A stretch of DNA of 60,844 nt, the filler included, from Diploschistes diacapsis (taxonomy: Eukaryota): NCBI GenBank assembly GCA_023645945.1. It is 6 parts of 6 records of this genome, joined end to end, with 100 filler letters (N's around TTAATTAATTAA, not from the genome) between each part and the next. Parts side by side here need not be neighbours in the genome. Positions count along the whole stretch, not along the records: positions 1 to 28,860 come from JALAIB010000141.1; 5 more parts are not named here. One strand, given 5' to 3'. Made by a program: the position numbers and the translations under genes. The notes beneath the pieces are model-generated. The model was given only the letters and a program-made list of their open reading frames with translations, was not told where the DNA came from and searched no databases. Shown piece by piece: positions 13,083 through 25,783 of the stretch; the stretch's first letter is position 1; every line of letters begins with the position of its first letter.

Positions 13083-14188
13083 ATTTCTCGGCAGTTTTCT
13101 AGAATACTCCAGCTATCTGGTTTTCCTACAGAAATTCCAGGGGCACTTGAAGGGGGGTATGGGTGTTCTCATCACTTGCACTAAAGCTTTTTTACTTAGG
13201 GAGGACATGGACTCCATTGCGGGCGTGCGCCTGGAGGATATTCTCCTCGTCCATTGGGGTGAGCATTTGTTTGCCTACGGCGTCCTCACTTTACATCTAT
13301 TACCGGGGCATGTCTACATTTGGGCCTTTGTAGTGCATGTCGGATCGGGGCACTAGAGATGTTGTGACTTCTAGACGATCTCATTATCCTGCCCCTCCAC
13401 CATGTAAGACTATGAAATGCCAACGAATGCAGAGCTACGTATGAAGCAGTTTTCAGGATGCACAGGTTTGGGTTGACTATGATTGTGACCGGCTAGTATA
13501 TTTCCATCAAAACACCAACCCTTTCGCTGGAATCTAAAGGCAAAGATTTTGTTGCGCTTGTAGCAACAAGGCTATAAACTGCAATATGCTCCTGCAGATC
13601 CTGTGAAGCTACCTTGGAGAACCTGCAGATCCTAATGGGTAGCAGCCAGATTGTCTGAACCGACCTGATGCCTGTACACCATTGTTTAAAGGCGCTAGAT
13701 GTGGATGATGATCAGCCCTACAGCAGAAGCCCCAGAATGCACTCATATTTTCATCCATGTGCGGCAGGCAAAAAGACGGTCCGTTCGCACCAGCTTGAGG
13801 CCACTCTCGAGGTACTAACATCCAACTCACAGTCTGCTCTCGGTTTACCTCCTGTCTCTCTTCCCATTTTTCAAATCTGCTCGAGACTATTGTGACTTTA
13901 CAAAAGTTCTTAGAATCGCCGCGAGCGAATTCAACGAAGTCGTGGTCGTTTTCCCTTTCACCTTATAACCACGATTCAGTCTCCTCACAAGAGTGGGATT
14001 CTCTTGGCTTTCAACGTGAGCCGACTTTTCCCAGCACTGTCATATATATTACTCGTACAAGCCTCTCTCGCCTTGTTCTTTGGACTTCTTCCTAGCTTTT
14101 TGAAGTGCTGACAGCTACTACCGACCGATAGTTCCTCAGTATTTGCCCATCAACCCACCATTGCATGCGCTACATATAAACCGTCGAC

Positions 14189-15281
14189 ATGGCCCAAATT
14201 CGCGGAACCGCGGGATACAACCTCGGAAACAACCAGCAGCAGCCGCGCTTCTCTGTCGGTCCGAATTACAGCAATATGAAAGCAGAAGCTACAAACGACC
14301 CAAGCCCATTAGATGCTATCCGGCAGCAGACGAGCAAAATCGAAGATTGGTTGGACACGGTATCAGAGCCTCTGAAGCCGTACGTTGAGGATGAGATCAA
14401 GCTTGACATATGATGCTAAGAGACGCTAGATACTTACCCGCTATCGGCCGCTTTTTGATCGTCGTAACATTTCTCGAGGACGCACTGCGGATCTTGACAC
14501 AATGGACCGACCAGTTGACATATTTGCGGGATTACCGCCACTGTATGTTACCCTGGCCGGCAGTTGCCACACCATGACTGACCTACATACACAGTTCCAA
14601 CCGGTCTGAATCACCTTTTCCTTATTATCAACGTTGTCGCTATGACGGCGTGCTCCGTCATGGTCATTGCCCGTAAGCAATCTGACGCTGCTGTCGCCGG
14701 CCTCATTGGGGTCGTCGTTACACAGGCTCTTGGGTACGGTCTGATCTTCGACCTAAACTTCTTCCTTCGCAATCTCTCTGTCATGGGCGGCCTGTTGATG
14801 GTTCTGTCCGATAGCTGGGTACGCAAGCGGTTCGCGCCAGCCGGACTTCCACAGCTTGAGGAGAAGGACAGGAAAATGTATTTCCAGCTCGCTGGCCGGG
14901 TGCTGCTGATCTTCCTCTTTGTTGGTTTTGTGTTCGCTGGCGAGTGGAACGTTGGTAGGATTGCAGTCAGCGCCATTGGATTTGTTGCATGCGTGATGGT
15001 AGTCGTGGGCTTCAAGGCGAAGTTCAGCGCCGTCATGCTAGTGCTAATTCTGAGCGTGTTCAACGTTTTGGTGAATAACTTCTGGACGCTGCACGAGCAT
15101 CATCCGCACAAGGACTTCGCCAAGTACGACTTCTTCCAGATCCTGTCCATTATGTAAGTCAGCTCCCTATGATTATTTCGACTCCATCGCGCTAATAACA
15201 AATCCCAGGGGCGGTCTTCTGCTTCTTGTTAACATGGGTCCTGGCCAGTTCAGCATGGACGAGAAGAAGAAAGTCTATTAG
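14189..15281 (+). CDS. ERV29: ER cargo receptor Erv29/SURF4 (311 aa); exons 14189-14379, 14430-14542, 14595-15153, 15209-15281
   Basis: Spliced product reads [68 protein letters not shown], ending in a dilysine ER-retrieval motif; exons sum to 936 nt. Confidence 0.95.
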
Positions 15282-18200
15282 AGGCGCGCGTAATGGAATA
15301 TCAGAGCATGTTCTACTGCTGACGGGGGCTTGACCGACCAACGAAGATATGAAGAAAAGTATAAAAGGGGTGAAAGGTAAGAGACAACCAGATCGAGCAA
15401 CTTTTACACCTACTTGGGTGTTTCGAAATTTCTGAGCCAACGACTATCTGATCTCCGACGCTACATCTGTACCACATTCAGCACCTTCCCATGGCTTCAA
15501 TATACTTTTAAGCTTTTGCTTTTGGGGACTGGAAGAGTCCTTGGTATTATTGTGTTATTGCTAGTCTAGCCCAGGAGCACTGGAGAAATAGAAACGTGCC
15601 GTTCGATCCTGTCCATACTCTTGGGTATGTAGTTGTATCTGCCATATAGTTATTTGTGCTTTACGTTCAGCACATCTCTCTGCATCTGAACTGAACTCGA
15701 TCTTTCACAAGGATATAACTACTACCATGATACCCAAGAGCTGCCTTGATTTTGGATCGGTAGACGCTACAGTCCTCCACCTCATGCGCTTGTCAGACTA
15801 TCCTAAGCTGCAAGGTGATATGATATGCACAAGACACTTGACCCTGGAAATTCACGTAATTATAATTCGAATACGAAAACTCGGTAATCAACTCCACTTC
15901 CTCGACATTATATCATCAATCAAAGCAAACAAGAGCTACCACAACCATCAGTGGTATGGGCCAAAGAACATCCGTGTGTGTCCTGTCATAATACCAGGGT
16001 TCTTCTCCACTATGTTCCTCCTATTCGCTCTGATGGTAGTCATGGGTCCTTCTTTCGGCTTCACTAAGATAGGACGTTCGTACCGCAGGCACCGTTGTCA
16101 CAAAGTTACCTAGCAGAGGCACTTGCTCTTTAGCCTGCTATGGTTGTCGAGAAATGGCTGGAATATAGTGCTGTTGGTTCACACATAACCGGCTGTAAGA
16201 CCGTATGTAGGCGGTCCTACGGGACTAGTCGGTACCAATGCATTTGCAAGTGCTGAATGGGTACTTAAGCGTTGTCAGCGGTCCGGTAAGAAATAGAAAA
16301 ATCTCACTATTGGAGTCTGAGATGGGCAAATCGGTTCACAGGACAGCATGGGGATTGAGCGTCGTGAGCACTCTAAGTGACTTTGAATTCCGTAGGGCTA
16401 CAATACCGCCGCTGCGTGCCGTTGTGGAGATGAAGCCACCAAGTGCTCTGAAACAAACAGGATGAAAACCCACATTAGAGTGCAACTCCGGGTTCTTGTA
16501 CGTTGTACTCTTTCTTCTTCATCTTCATTGTATCTGTTGTTGGGGCATGTGTCGACGCTGGCCTCTCCATAAGCGCTGCTGATAAAGCTTGCCATGCTCT
16601 TCCGACTTGTTCATCATCTCTTTTCTTTTTCTAATCTTTCATATAATCCTGCTCATCTCTTTAAAACGAGGTGGAAGTAGATTCCATTCAGCGATCACTT
16701 CACGTTCGAGCTTCTCCGATAGGTTTTGAACAAGTGACAACGTTGTCCCATTTTCTATATCCAAGCTCTCCTTCGTCCATTAGCTGGTAACAGCTTCTTC
16801 ACAGCTGCCAAAATTCAAGCATCTCTTTAGAATACAAGATATGAAGGAAATGGGGCGAAGGGTAACATGTATCAAAAACGCACGCCAGCGGCACTACTTC
16901 GACACACTGATATAGGTCTTAACCTGTGGCTGAGTTGATCGGACATGGTGAAATGCACCCTGGACGCCTGACTTATTTGTCACACCATGATATTGGTATC
17001 CACCACAAGCTAAGTCACCAAGGCGCTGATCGTCGACGGGGTTCAGCATCATCTATCTCAAGTCAGTATTGACGGAATGTCTGCGGCGTTTGACTCACCT
17101 CGACTACTACTCGATCGTTCCATATCACGCCAGTTCTTTTCCCATTCTCGCAAGTATTGGCTCGTGATCGCGGTGTGATCTCTTTCCTCTCTTTCACTTC
17201 TTGTTGGCATCAGTCTGGTGTTGATCTGGTCGGCTGTTGCAATTTGTTGGTTGTTAAATCGAATGCGGGAGGCATCAAGATTCAGCTTGGGTCGCCTGGC
17301 TGCTCTTTAGAAGGGAACCTGGGGCATAGAACTCCCTTGGTATGTCCAAAGAAGGCGAATTTATACTTACGACATTTTGGACACTTTGGGTATCCTGTGG
17401 CCTTCTTCAGGCCAAAACTATATGTGATCGGACGGATTTTGAACCCGTGGAAAAGCTGCATTGATCTTGTTGCCGGGTATCTGGAGGCTTTTGAAGTCTC
17501 TCGTGGTCCTACCCAGAGCACAGAGCGCGAGGTGCAGATTGGAAGGAGCGCTTGCCCTTCGGAAAGAAGGGTTACAGCATTTGAGCTACTGTTGTTTGGT
17601 ATTATCCGCGCAACGTGCTCTGCTGCATGGCAGAATACTACTGGGCATAGTTATTTCATACCCCTGCATTCGCAACGCCGGCGCTACTAGAGTCCTACAG
17701 CCTCGTGTTACGGAACGGGCAAGCAACCTCCGCGGTACGGCTCGAATGCTTCGAGAAGATATTGGCAGTCAGTTAATGTTTACCCTCAGCAGCGTCGGCC
17801 ATGGGTACAGGCTCCCGAACTGGACGTCACAGAGTGGTAGATGTGACCGTTCTGGTTACTGACGTGACAAGCTCTACTTCTGGTAGAACCAAAATCTGAA
17901 CGGCTATTCTATCCACGCACACAGCCCCCGGTTGCTACGCTTGAGCTGTTAAAGCTAACAACTCCACTGGGTTGCATCCCCACGTGTCTCATTTAACGAC
18001 CGGGCCCTTGATGACTGTAGCCGTCTAGGGCTTTCTGGAAGAAGACGGTGTCATGAACGACCAGGTTCAGCTTTCGGACGCTCCACTAAAGCATATGCAG
18101 AACGGGTGTCCACACAGTAATTTGAAAGACTTTGTCCAGGATGGTGTGATCCAGCCTTCGAGGAGGCCCGGAAGCGTTAAGGATGCAATACCGGTAGTTT

Positions 18201-19781
18201 GGGTCTGCACCCGAGGCAGTGGTTGCATGCTACTAGAAAAGAATATAGTCGACGGCTCGCTCATGCAGGAATACAACGTATGGAAATGGAGCTCGCGGTA
18301 GAATGCTATCGGTCTGGCAGAGGCAGTCATGGATCGCAATTTCCAATCAAGGTAAAGGAGCGACGATCGTTCAAAGTTGTAGGCTGGCTCCTCTCTCTCG
18401 CACGAGCATGGGTCTATGATGATCTTCGTCTCTGGCTTGGATTGGATGCGAAATTAAGTGCAATGAACGCACTTATTTCATCTGGCTGGAGGCGAGGCCA
18501 GCGATGAAGCCATCGATCATGCAGAAGCGGCTATCTAAATTCCTAGGGGCATAACGGATCATACACTTTATCTCTAGAAAAATGCCTCAAATTACCACCC
18601 CTCGGAGCTGCTACTTGCACGAGCACGTTTTTGGCACCGCTTGCAACGTCGATGTTTCGGCAAACGAACCATCAGAATGGTGGTGTGAGGCCAAGGCGCC
18701 GAGGAGCAGATGCTGTTGATCCGAACTGGAACTTAACTGTGGTATCATGCCAGACGGTGCCCGAGAACCTGGTTTGTGGGCTCTTTGCAGCCGTTGATCA
18801 CTTGACGGGTCTCCATAAGTGCGCTTGAGCAGCGTGTTGCTGCGCAGATACCGAAACAGAAAGTATATATCCTTGTGTAAGCGGCCGACGATCCCGTACG
18901 CCAGCCAGCCCTAAAGTCATGATTCGCCGAGGTCTACATAGGACTACTCTGCTGTACGTACCGTTGGAGAAAAGTGAATGGCGGAAAGAGCGTCCAGAGT
19001 TAGCCATGAAAGGGCTAGTAATCAGGACATCCGTCTGTCTTCACCATCCCACCTGTTTAGCTGATCTACAGCACTGGCACACAATGCATAGAAGATTGCC
19101 AGGTACTGTATAAGCCCTGCATGATGGTTCAACAGCTTGAGGCAGAACTGCTCTTGGCACAGAAGCGTTCTCTTCTATACGACTTTGCATTAGTGTAGCA
19201 ACTGCTGCAACATCAAACATTTTCTATGAGTTGTCAAGTCTGCGGTACGCAGCTAGCTGTTCTTCAAAGACTGCTGCCGACGCTGCAAAGCTAACAACGA
19301 CAATGCCAATGTCGCCCTTCGTTTTGCTTGACCCATCACTTGAGTCATACACCAATACGAGTAACCGGTGGCGTCAGGCTTGCCGTTCAGTCAGCGCTTC
19401 CAAGAAGTAAGCATACACAGGACCCATGTTTGGAAGAATCAACGATTAATTGATTAATGATCTATGTCCATTGACCTGTAATCGATTATACTAATCTTCC
19501 AAGCATGGCACAGGACATTACGAAATTCAAAGCGTTTCCTGCAGCCACCTCCTGCAGATGGATGACTGATACCACCCTGCTTTCCAGGTTTGATTTTGTA
19601 ATTTTTTATCACTCAAGGCCAAAGGAGTTGGCAAAGATCGTCCAAAACCCAAGCATATATAACCTTTTCGGTCGGCTCCGCTGACGCTAGCCAGGGTTCA
19701 AACTGTTCATAGGTTTCTTGAGCAATTTCCCTTGCATTGTCACTACCCTCCACAACGTCAATTTTTGGGAAGCTATCTGCC

Positions 19782-22046
19782 ATGGCTCAACTGCTCACGA
19801 CTGCCCTTGAGAAACAAGCTCTTGAGAAACGGGGTGTGCCGGAAAAGACAGTATTGGAAAATACTACGCTTACCTACGGTCCTGATGAATTCCAGGCTCT
19901 CAAGCCAGTCTACGATAGCACTCATCGCCGATTGAGGCCCAGGCATATTCAGTTGATAGGCATTGGAGGGTCAGTGAGGCTATCTACAAGCTGAGTCCCG
20001 TTGCGTGTACCTCCTGACTGCCTTATAGTACTATTGGTACAGCCTTGTTCGTCGCTATTGGGGTATGAGCCGGGTCGGTTTTCTGAAGAACGATGGCGAG
20101 TGACACTCATCCAGGAAGGTCTTATCAATGGAGGGCCAGCGTCTCTATTCCTAGCCTTCACGATATGGTCAGTCGCTTCCACCCTTGTTCTCGCTCACAT
20201 GGGGCCTTTCAATCCGGTTAGGGGGACAATGAACGCTGTTGGCTCCACCAATCGCTCGTTTCGAGTATCTTTGCTTTCCTAATCAGGTTCCCAGGTGTTC
20301 GTTCATTCTTGCCGTTACCAATTGTAGGTTGCCTCGAAATCTCTTTCACGGAGTTCTCAGTGGTATCAGCCAGGTAATAACTTGAATATTGGCAAACTTT
20401 GGGCGATTATCAAACGAGCCGCGAGCGGCAGAACGATGCCAGTCTCGTGGCGAGCCGTGCTCTAGGGTTACGATGTCCTATCACAGCCAGCCTTCAGACA
20501 CCATTACATCAAAGTCTAGTCGAGTCGAGCTAATGGGCCCACAGGCATGGCCGAAATGGTGACTTATCTGCCTATTTCTTCGCCCTTCATCCGATTTGCG
20601 AGCAGATGGGTTGACGAGGCCTTCGGGGTGGCTGCTGGATACAACTTCTTTGTCTTCGAGGCAGCGCTTGTGCCGTTCGAAGTTACAGCATGCAACATTG
20701 TGATCAATTACTGGAGCGATGCTATTCCCGTTGGCGGGGTGATAGCTGTGGTTCTCGTTCTATATGCGTTGGTGCCCCCAAAGACCCCTCGGATGTCATG
20801 ACCAGTCTCGCGCACCTCGCTAACTTTTCCTCTGGTGAAGGTCCATCAACCTTTTCGCTGTCAAATGGTATGGCGAGTCAGAGTTCTGGCTTGCCATTGG
20901 AAAGGTGATCCTTATTGTTGGCCTAATCATTTTCACTCTCCTTGCGATGCTCGGAGCGAACCCGCTGCATGACCGTTATGGTTTCCGGTACTGGTACGAT
21001 CCGGGCTCTTTTGCCGAGTTCTACAGCACCGGAAGCCTCGGACGATTCATGGGGTTTCTAGCTTGCTTCATCCAGGCCTCTTTCACCGTTGCAGGTCCGG
21101 ACTATGTTTCGATGGCTGCTGGTGAAGCCGAGAACCCGCGGAGTGCAATGCCCAAGGCATATAACGCTGTTTTTTACCGTCTGACTGCTTTCTTCATTCT
21201 AGGTGCGCTCGCAGTGGGGATCAACGTACCGTACAACGACCAAAACCTTATCAATGCTTTTGACAATGGCCTGCCAGGCGCGGCTGCTTCTCCGTACGTT
21301 GTAGCGATGAATAGACTGAACATCCATGTCCTTCCGAATATCATCAACGCTCTCATCTTGGCCTCGGCTTTCAGCGCTGGGAATTCGTACGTATATTGTG
21401 CGTCTAGGTCTCTGTACGGGCTGGCGCTGGAGGGCAAGGCGCCCAAGCTTTTGACACGGTGCACCAGAAATGGCGTTCCAATTTACTGTGTTCTGATAGT
21501 CCTGCTCATCGCGCTGCTCAGTTTTCTGCAAGTTTCGAATGGAGCGAGCGTCGTTCTCGAATGGTTGGTGAATCTTGTGACCGCGTCGCAACTGATCAAC
21601 TTTTCCGTGATGAGCTTTACATACATACGTTTCAAGAAGGCCTGTGATGCTCAAGGCCTGTCGCGTGATTCGCTGCCGCACAAAGGCTGGCTCCAGCCAT
21701 ATGCAGCATACTACGCCCTCTGCGGCACGTTCGTTATGACATTTGTCGGGGGTTATGAGGTTTTCCTCCCGGGAAATTGGGATGTACCGACGTTTCTTTT
21801 CTCGTATACGATGATCTTCCTCTTTCCCGTCCTATTTCTTGGCTGGAAGCTGATCCGGCGCACCAAATGGGTCGAATCCCACGAAGCGGACCTGACAAAG
21901 GATCTGGAGGAGATTGAAGAGTACACGAGGTCGTTTGTCGAGCCTCCTCAGACGTGGGTTACTATGCCTCATTGGTGTGTCGTGGGCGCTAACAGACGTA
22001 CAGAAACGGCTTTTTTGGGTTCTTAGATAAGGCGTTTGGTTCCTAG
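19782..22046 (+). CDS. Amino acid permease, APC/YAT family (AGP2-like, ~560 aa); exons 19782-19969, 20029-20062, 20115-20167, 20295-20323, 20545-20767, 20841-21953, 22004-22046
   Basis: RRLRPRHIQLIGIGGTIGTALF, MAEMVTYLPISSPFIRFASRWVDEAFG, YGESEFW, AGEAENPR, GNSYVYCASRSLYGLA; exons sum to 1683 nt in frame. Confidence 0.93.
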
Positions 22047-22672
22047 CTCGAGATGAGGACATCATCCTGGTTGGTACGCGGTCAATCGAGGCAACTTAGG
22101 CAGCCATCAACAGTCCAAAGGCAACAACACCGTTCAATGCTCTTTGCGGCCACAAGTGGGGTTTGGCCTTAAAGCAGCCTGTTACTTTCCTCCATGTCCA
22201 GTTTGATGTTGCCCCGAGCTTGATCGCTTCTCGTCGGCCATTTTAATGTTGGCTAGCGTGTAGCAAGCGTATTGTGAAATATGCCAATTCAACTTGAAAT
22301 CTATTCATCGCTGTATAGTGACGAGCGTATCATCGTTCTATGTTCGTCCGGCAGCGAGCACGCACAAGCAGGTGTCATTAGTGGTAGACGCCCTCCCTTC
22401 GAAGTATGCTAGTGGACGCGGATAGAGTTCCGACATTATCAGCAAACCCAAATCTCTGTGATGGTGTCTGCGGGATTTTCAAAATTCAATCTCGTCTCCA
22501 AAGTTCGATATCCTTAGCTCCTCTTGGATGAAGGGGAAAACGCCACTCCCATTCATCCGCACCGCCACGCCAAGCCTCAAGCCGCTCACCTCACTTTCAA
22601 CCGCACAGCTCAGTTCTCTCTCCTCCCCACATATCATCTTCTAGATCAATCTCATCAACAACATCAACAAAA

Positions 22673-23359
22673 ATGTTCTCCCTCCGCCCAATCCATACCC
22701 TCCGCTACCCCCTCTCCCGCTCCCTCTCCTCCTCCTCCAAAACAACATCCCCCATACTCTCCTCCATCGTCGCGCAGCGCCCCTCCACCCTCACCTCCAC
22801 ACCATCGCCTTCCCAACTCTACCCACAATCCGCCTCCCTCCACACCACTTCGATGCTCTGTTCCGCCGCCTCTTCCTCCCACGGGGGAGAGCATGAAGAT
22901 CAATATGACCCGCCGACGGGCTGGCTGTTCGGCATTCCGCCCGGGGAGAAGTATCAGAACGAGGGCTGGGAGCGGATCTGGGTTTGGGGGTTCTGGGGCA
23001 GTCTGGGCGTGGCCGTGGTGGCGTACGCTTACAAGCCGGACAGTTCGTATGTGTTGTCTATCTCCTACTCTGTTGTGCCTTTTGTTTTGGGTTGTGGCTT
23101 GGTGGGGGAAGCCGGACTGGAGTGAAGATTGGGAGGAGAGATAGGGGGTCGGCGATGCCGATGGTTTGGGAGGTGGGGAGGGAATTTTGGAGCGATGATA
23201 GGGTTTCTCTTCTTTTGTGGTATTGTGATGGAGTTGCTGACGTGGTTTTTTTTTTGTTTTTCCGCTTCTAGGATTCAGACGTGGGCTCTTGAGGAGGCCC
23301 GAAGGCGGTTAGAAAAGGAGGGGATCCTGCCGGATCCGGAGGCTGGGAAGGAGGAGTAG
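22673..23359 (+). CDS. NADH:ubiquinone oxidoreductase ESSS subunit (NDUFB11-like, 153 aa); exons 22673-23046, 23272-23359
   Basis: Ser/Arg-rich mitochondrial presequence, then YDPPTGWLFG..EGWERIWVWGF, one TM helix and YKPDSSIQTWALEEARRRLEKEG across a GTATGT..TAG intron. Confidence 0.9.
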
Positions 23360-23855
23360 GAGGAAGAAGAAGATGCTATAAAAGAGAGTGCAACGAGAGC
23401 AAAGAGCGGATCGTCGATTTTTGCAAGGCACGCAGGAGACATATGAACGGTTGCGGAACGGGAGGGACGTCGAAGCCTTACGTGGTGGTCTACGCGTGTG
23501 GATTTCTTTACTCTTAATCCGCTGCGGATGTTCCATTGCATACGATGGCCTTGTTGTGCTATCGAGATAGAACTACTTCTTGTGCAAGAGGACAGTACGA
23601 GCGAATATCGATCGGTTGTAGTAATCTAGTTGATAGATAGCGGCCTTGTTTGAATCCACGGCACCTAGATGAATCTTTTCCCAACAAATGACTATCTCGG
23701 CCCATATTCTGTTCCAGGTTCTATTATTATCATTCCTTATTTATATAAATCGTGGACCTGTTACTCGTCATGTCATTACATACACACATATACATATACA
23801 TTATATACTCTCTCTCTCTCTCTCTCTTTCCTTCCTCTTTCCTTTCGAAGCCCTC

Positions 23856-25163
23856 TTAAAGCTCATGAGAGGCAGCAAAAGAGGACGGATATGGACTAGC
23901 AGCAACTATCTGTGCCACTCTCTCCTCCACAGCCTCTTGCTCCTTCTTACCATGTCCCGGCCCTACATCGGGAACGGCATATCCCATCGGACAGAAGCTC
24001 TGCCCTTGCTCTCCGGGCACAGGCAGGCCTTGGATCCTCCTAGTCAACGCGCCGAAGCCCCACCGATTGGCCAGCGTCGGGTGGACGTAGTAAGGCAGAG
24101 CTAGGTAATCCAGCATGAACGACCTTCCGCTCTCCGACGGTTCGGCAAATATGGTCTGATACTTCGCGAAGGAGTAGCGCGGCGGGAACAAATGCCTGAC
24201 AACGAGCCCCCGGAAATGGATAGCGCCATGAACGACATGCACCAGCCACGCCGGCGGATCAGGATACAGCATCGCGACCCTCAGCCTCTTATCCATCAGC
24301 GTGAAGACCGCCTTGCGCGCGACCCCCTTCAACGGACCCGGCACCAGCCACAGCAGCAGCGCCATCGTCTGCTCTGCCACTAGATGGTTCTTCTCGTCCG
24401 GCACCATATGCCGGCCCTCATACTCCTTCGCCCAATCGCACAGCTCCGCCAAGAACTCCAGCCCGTTCATGAACGTCCCGTCCTCGTAGCTCGTGATCAA
24501 GCCCGTGTACTCGATCCCCATCGCCTCCCCGACTGCCGCCCAGAAGACTCCCAGCGCGTTCCGCTCCACCTCACTCAGCCCCCTCCACTCCCACCGCTCG
24601 ATCCACGCCATCGGCTCCTGCGCAAACAGCGCAAGCGTGTACAGCATGTCCTCGTTCGAGATCCGGCCCTTGCGCTCATACTCCCCGTGTATGCAGTTCA
24701 TCCTCGCGACGGCCCGCGTCCACGCCTTGCTGCCGTACTCGCGCGAGACGAACTCACTGATCAGCACAACGGTGTCGGTGTAGCGCTTGCAGGACGTGGT
24801 GGGGCTGGAGAAGAGCGAGGTGGAGGCGAGCAGCGAGGAGATGCTGGGCACGCCGTAGGTGCGGAACAGCGCGAACTGCAGGCCCTTTTCGAAGGTGAAG
24901 GGGAACTCGAGCTGGCCGAGCTGGAGGAGGATGCGCTGCGCGTCGAGGCTGCGCATGTGGGCGAGGCTGGACCGGGTGGGGTAGGTGGTGCTGAGGGCGT
25001 GGGTGCGCCGGAAGCGTAGGGCGCGCACGAGGACGAGGTAGAGGAGGAGGAGGGCGGTGAGATGCTGGGTTGTTAGAAGGGAGTGGAAGTGGAGGGGCGT
25101 CCATGATGGGGTGAGGGAAAAGGTGGAAGGCGAGGTGTGGTTGCTAGACTGGGGGGAATTCAT
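23856..25163 (-). CDS. MpaB-like ER-bound oxygenase (DUF2236/Lcp-related), 435 aa, intronless
   Basis: N-terminal TM segment followed by LRFRR; EFPFTFEKGLQFALFRTYGVPSISSLL, KRYTDT, AVARMNCIH, ISNEDMLYTLALF, FWAAVGEAMGI, PYYVHPTLANRWG. Confidence 0.85.
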   Translation of the reverse strand: MNSPQSSNHTSPSTFSLTPSWTPLHFHSLLTTQHLTALLLLYLVLVRALRFRRTHALSTTYPTRSSLAHMRSLDAQRILLQLGQLEFPFTFEKGLQFALFRTYGVPSISSLLASTSLFSSPTTSCKRYTDTVVLISEFVSREYGSKAWTRAVARMNCIHGEYERKGRISNEDMLYTLALFAQEPMAWIERWEWRGLSEVERNALGVFWAAVGEAMGIEYTGLITSYEDGTFMNGLEFLAELCDWAKEYEGRHMVPDEKNHLVAEQTMALLLWLVPGPLKGVARKAVFTLMDKRLRVAMLYPDPPAWLVHVVHGAIHFRGLVVRHLFPPRYSFAKYQTIFAEPSESGRSFMLDYLALPYYVHPTLANRWGFGALTRRIQGLPVPGEQGQSFCPMGYAVPDVGPGHGKKEQEAVEERVAQIVAASPYPSSFAASHEL

Positions 25164-25783
25164 GTCAGCAGGAGGGTAGATGGAGGAATGTGAGCGAAAT
25201 TTGGTGGGAGGAGGTATCTAGCTTTTTGTTTTGTTATATGTACGTTGCAGGTGGGGTGTATCAAGGGACAAGGCTGTCCCGGATGCAATGTTTCGTCCTC
25301 AAGCTCGTCCGGCAAACAATAAGCCCCCCCAGTTGCCAAGTTCATGCTGGAAATTTCTCCCTCCGCGTCTTTCATTGCCCCTCCTCTGAAAAGCACGAAA
25401 AGTATAGCACCAGCCAGCGGTTAAAGCGAATTGAGTTTACACGATTGGTGCGGTTGCCACAGTTACAATCTCTCTTGGCGTTCGTGGACATCCTTGTATT
25501 TGGTATGGTCTCGGCTCATGCTCTAGAGGGAATTTCCAGTAAGTAGATAACTCCCTGCTCCTACTCAAAGTACGACGATACTAGATATCTTATCAGTGCA
25601 CAATTCATCTTAAGGTCACTTTTGTATTGTACCTCGTACACCAATTGGCTCCAGCGCCTCTGCGAGCGACTGTTCAAGGGTGTCCCTTCAACCGGTCGGC
25701 TTGCCAAGGAGAGGCGCACGCAAGCACATCTGGCTCACGAGACCGAGCACGAGGAGGTGGACCTTACAATAGAGAGCGCTTAG

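Noticed and set aside
24384..25019. Long antisense or alternate-frame ORFs here and at 27386-28231, 40725-41699, 40774-41628, 49944-50858 and 59876-60802
   Set aside because: Shadows of real genes, mostly due to high GC; no independent motifs.
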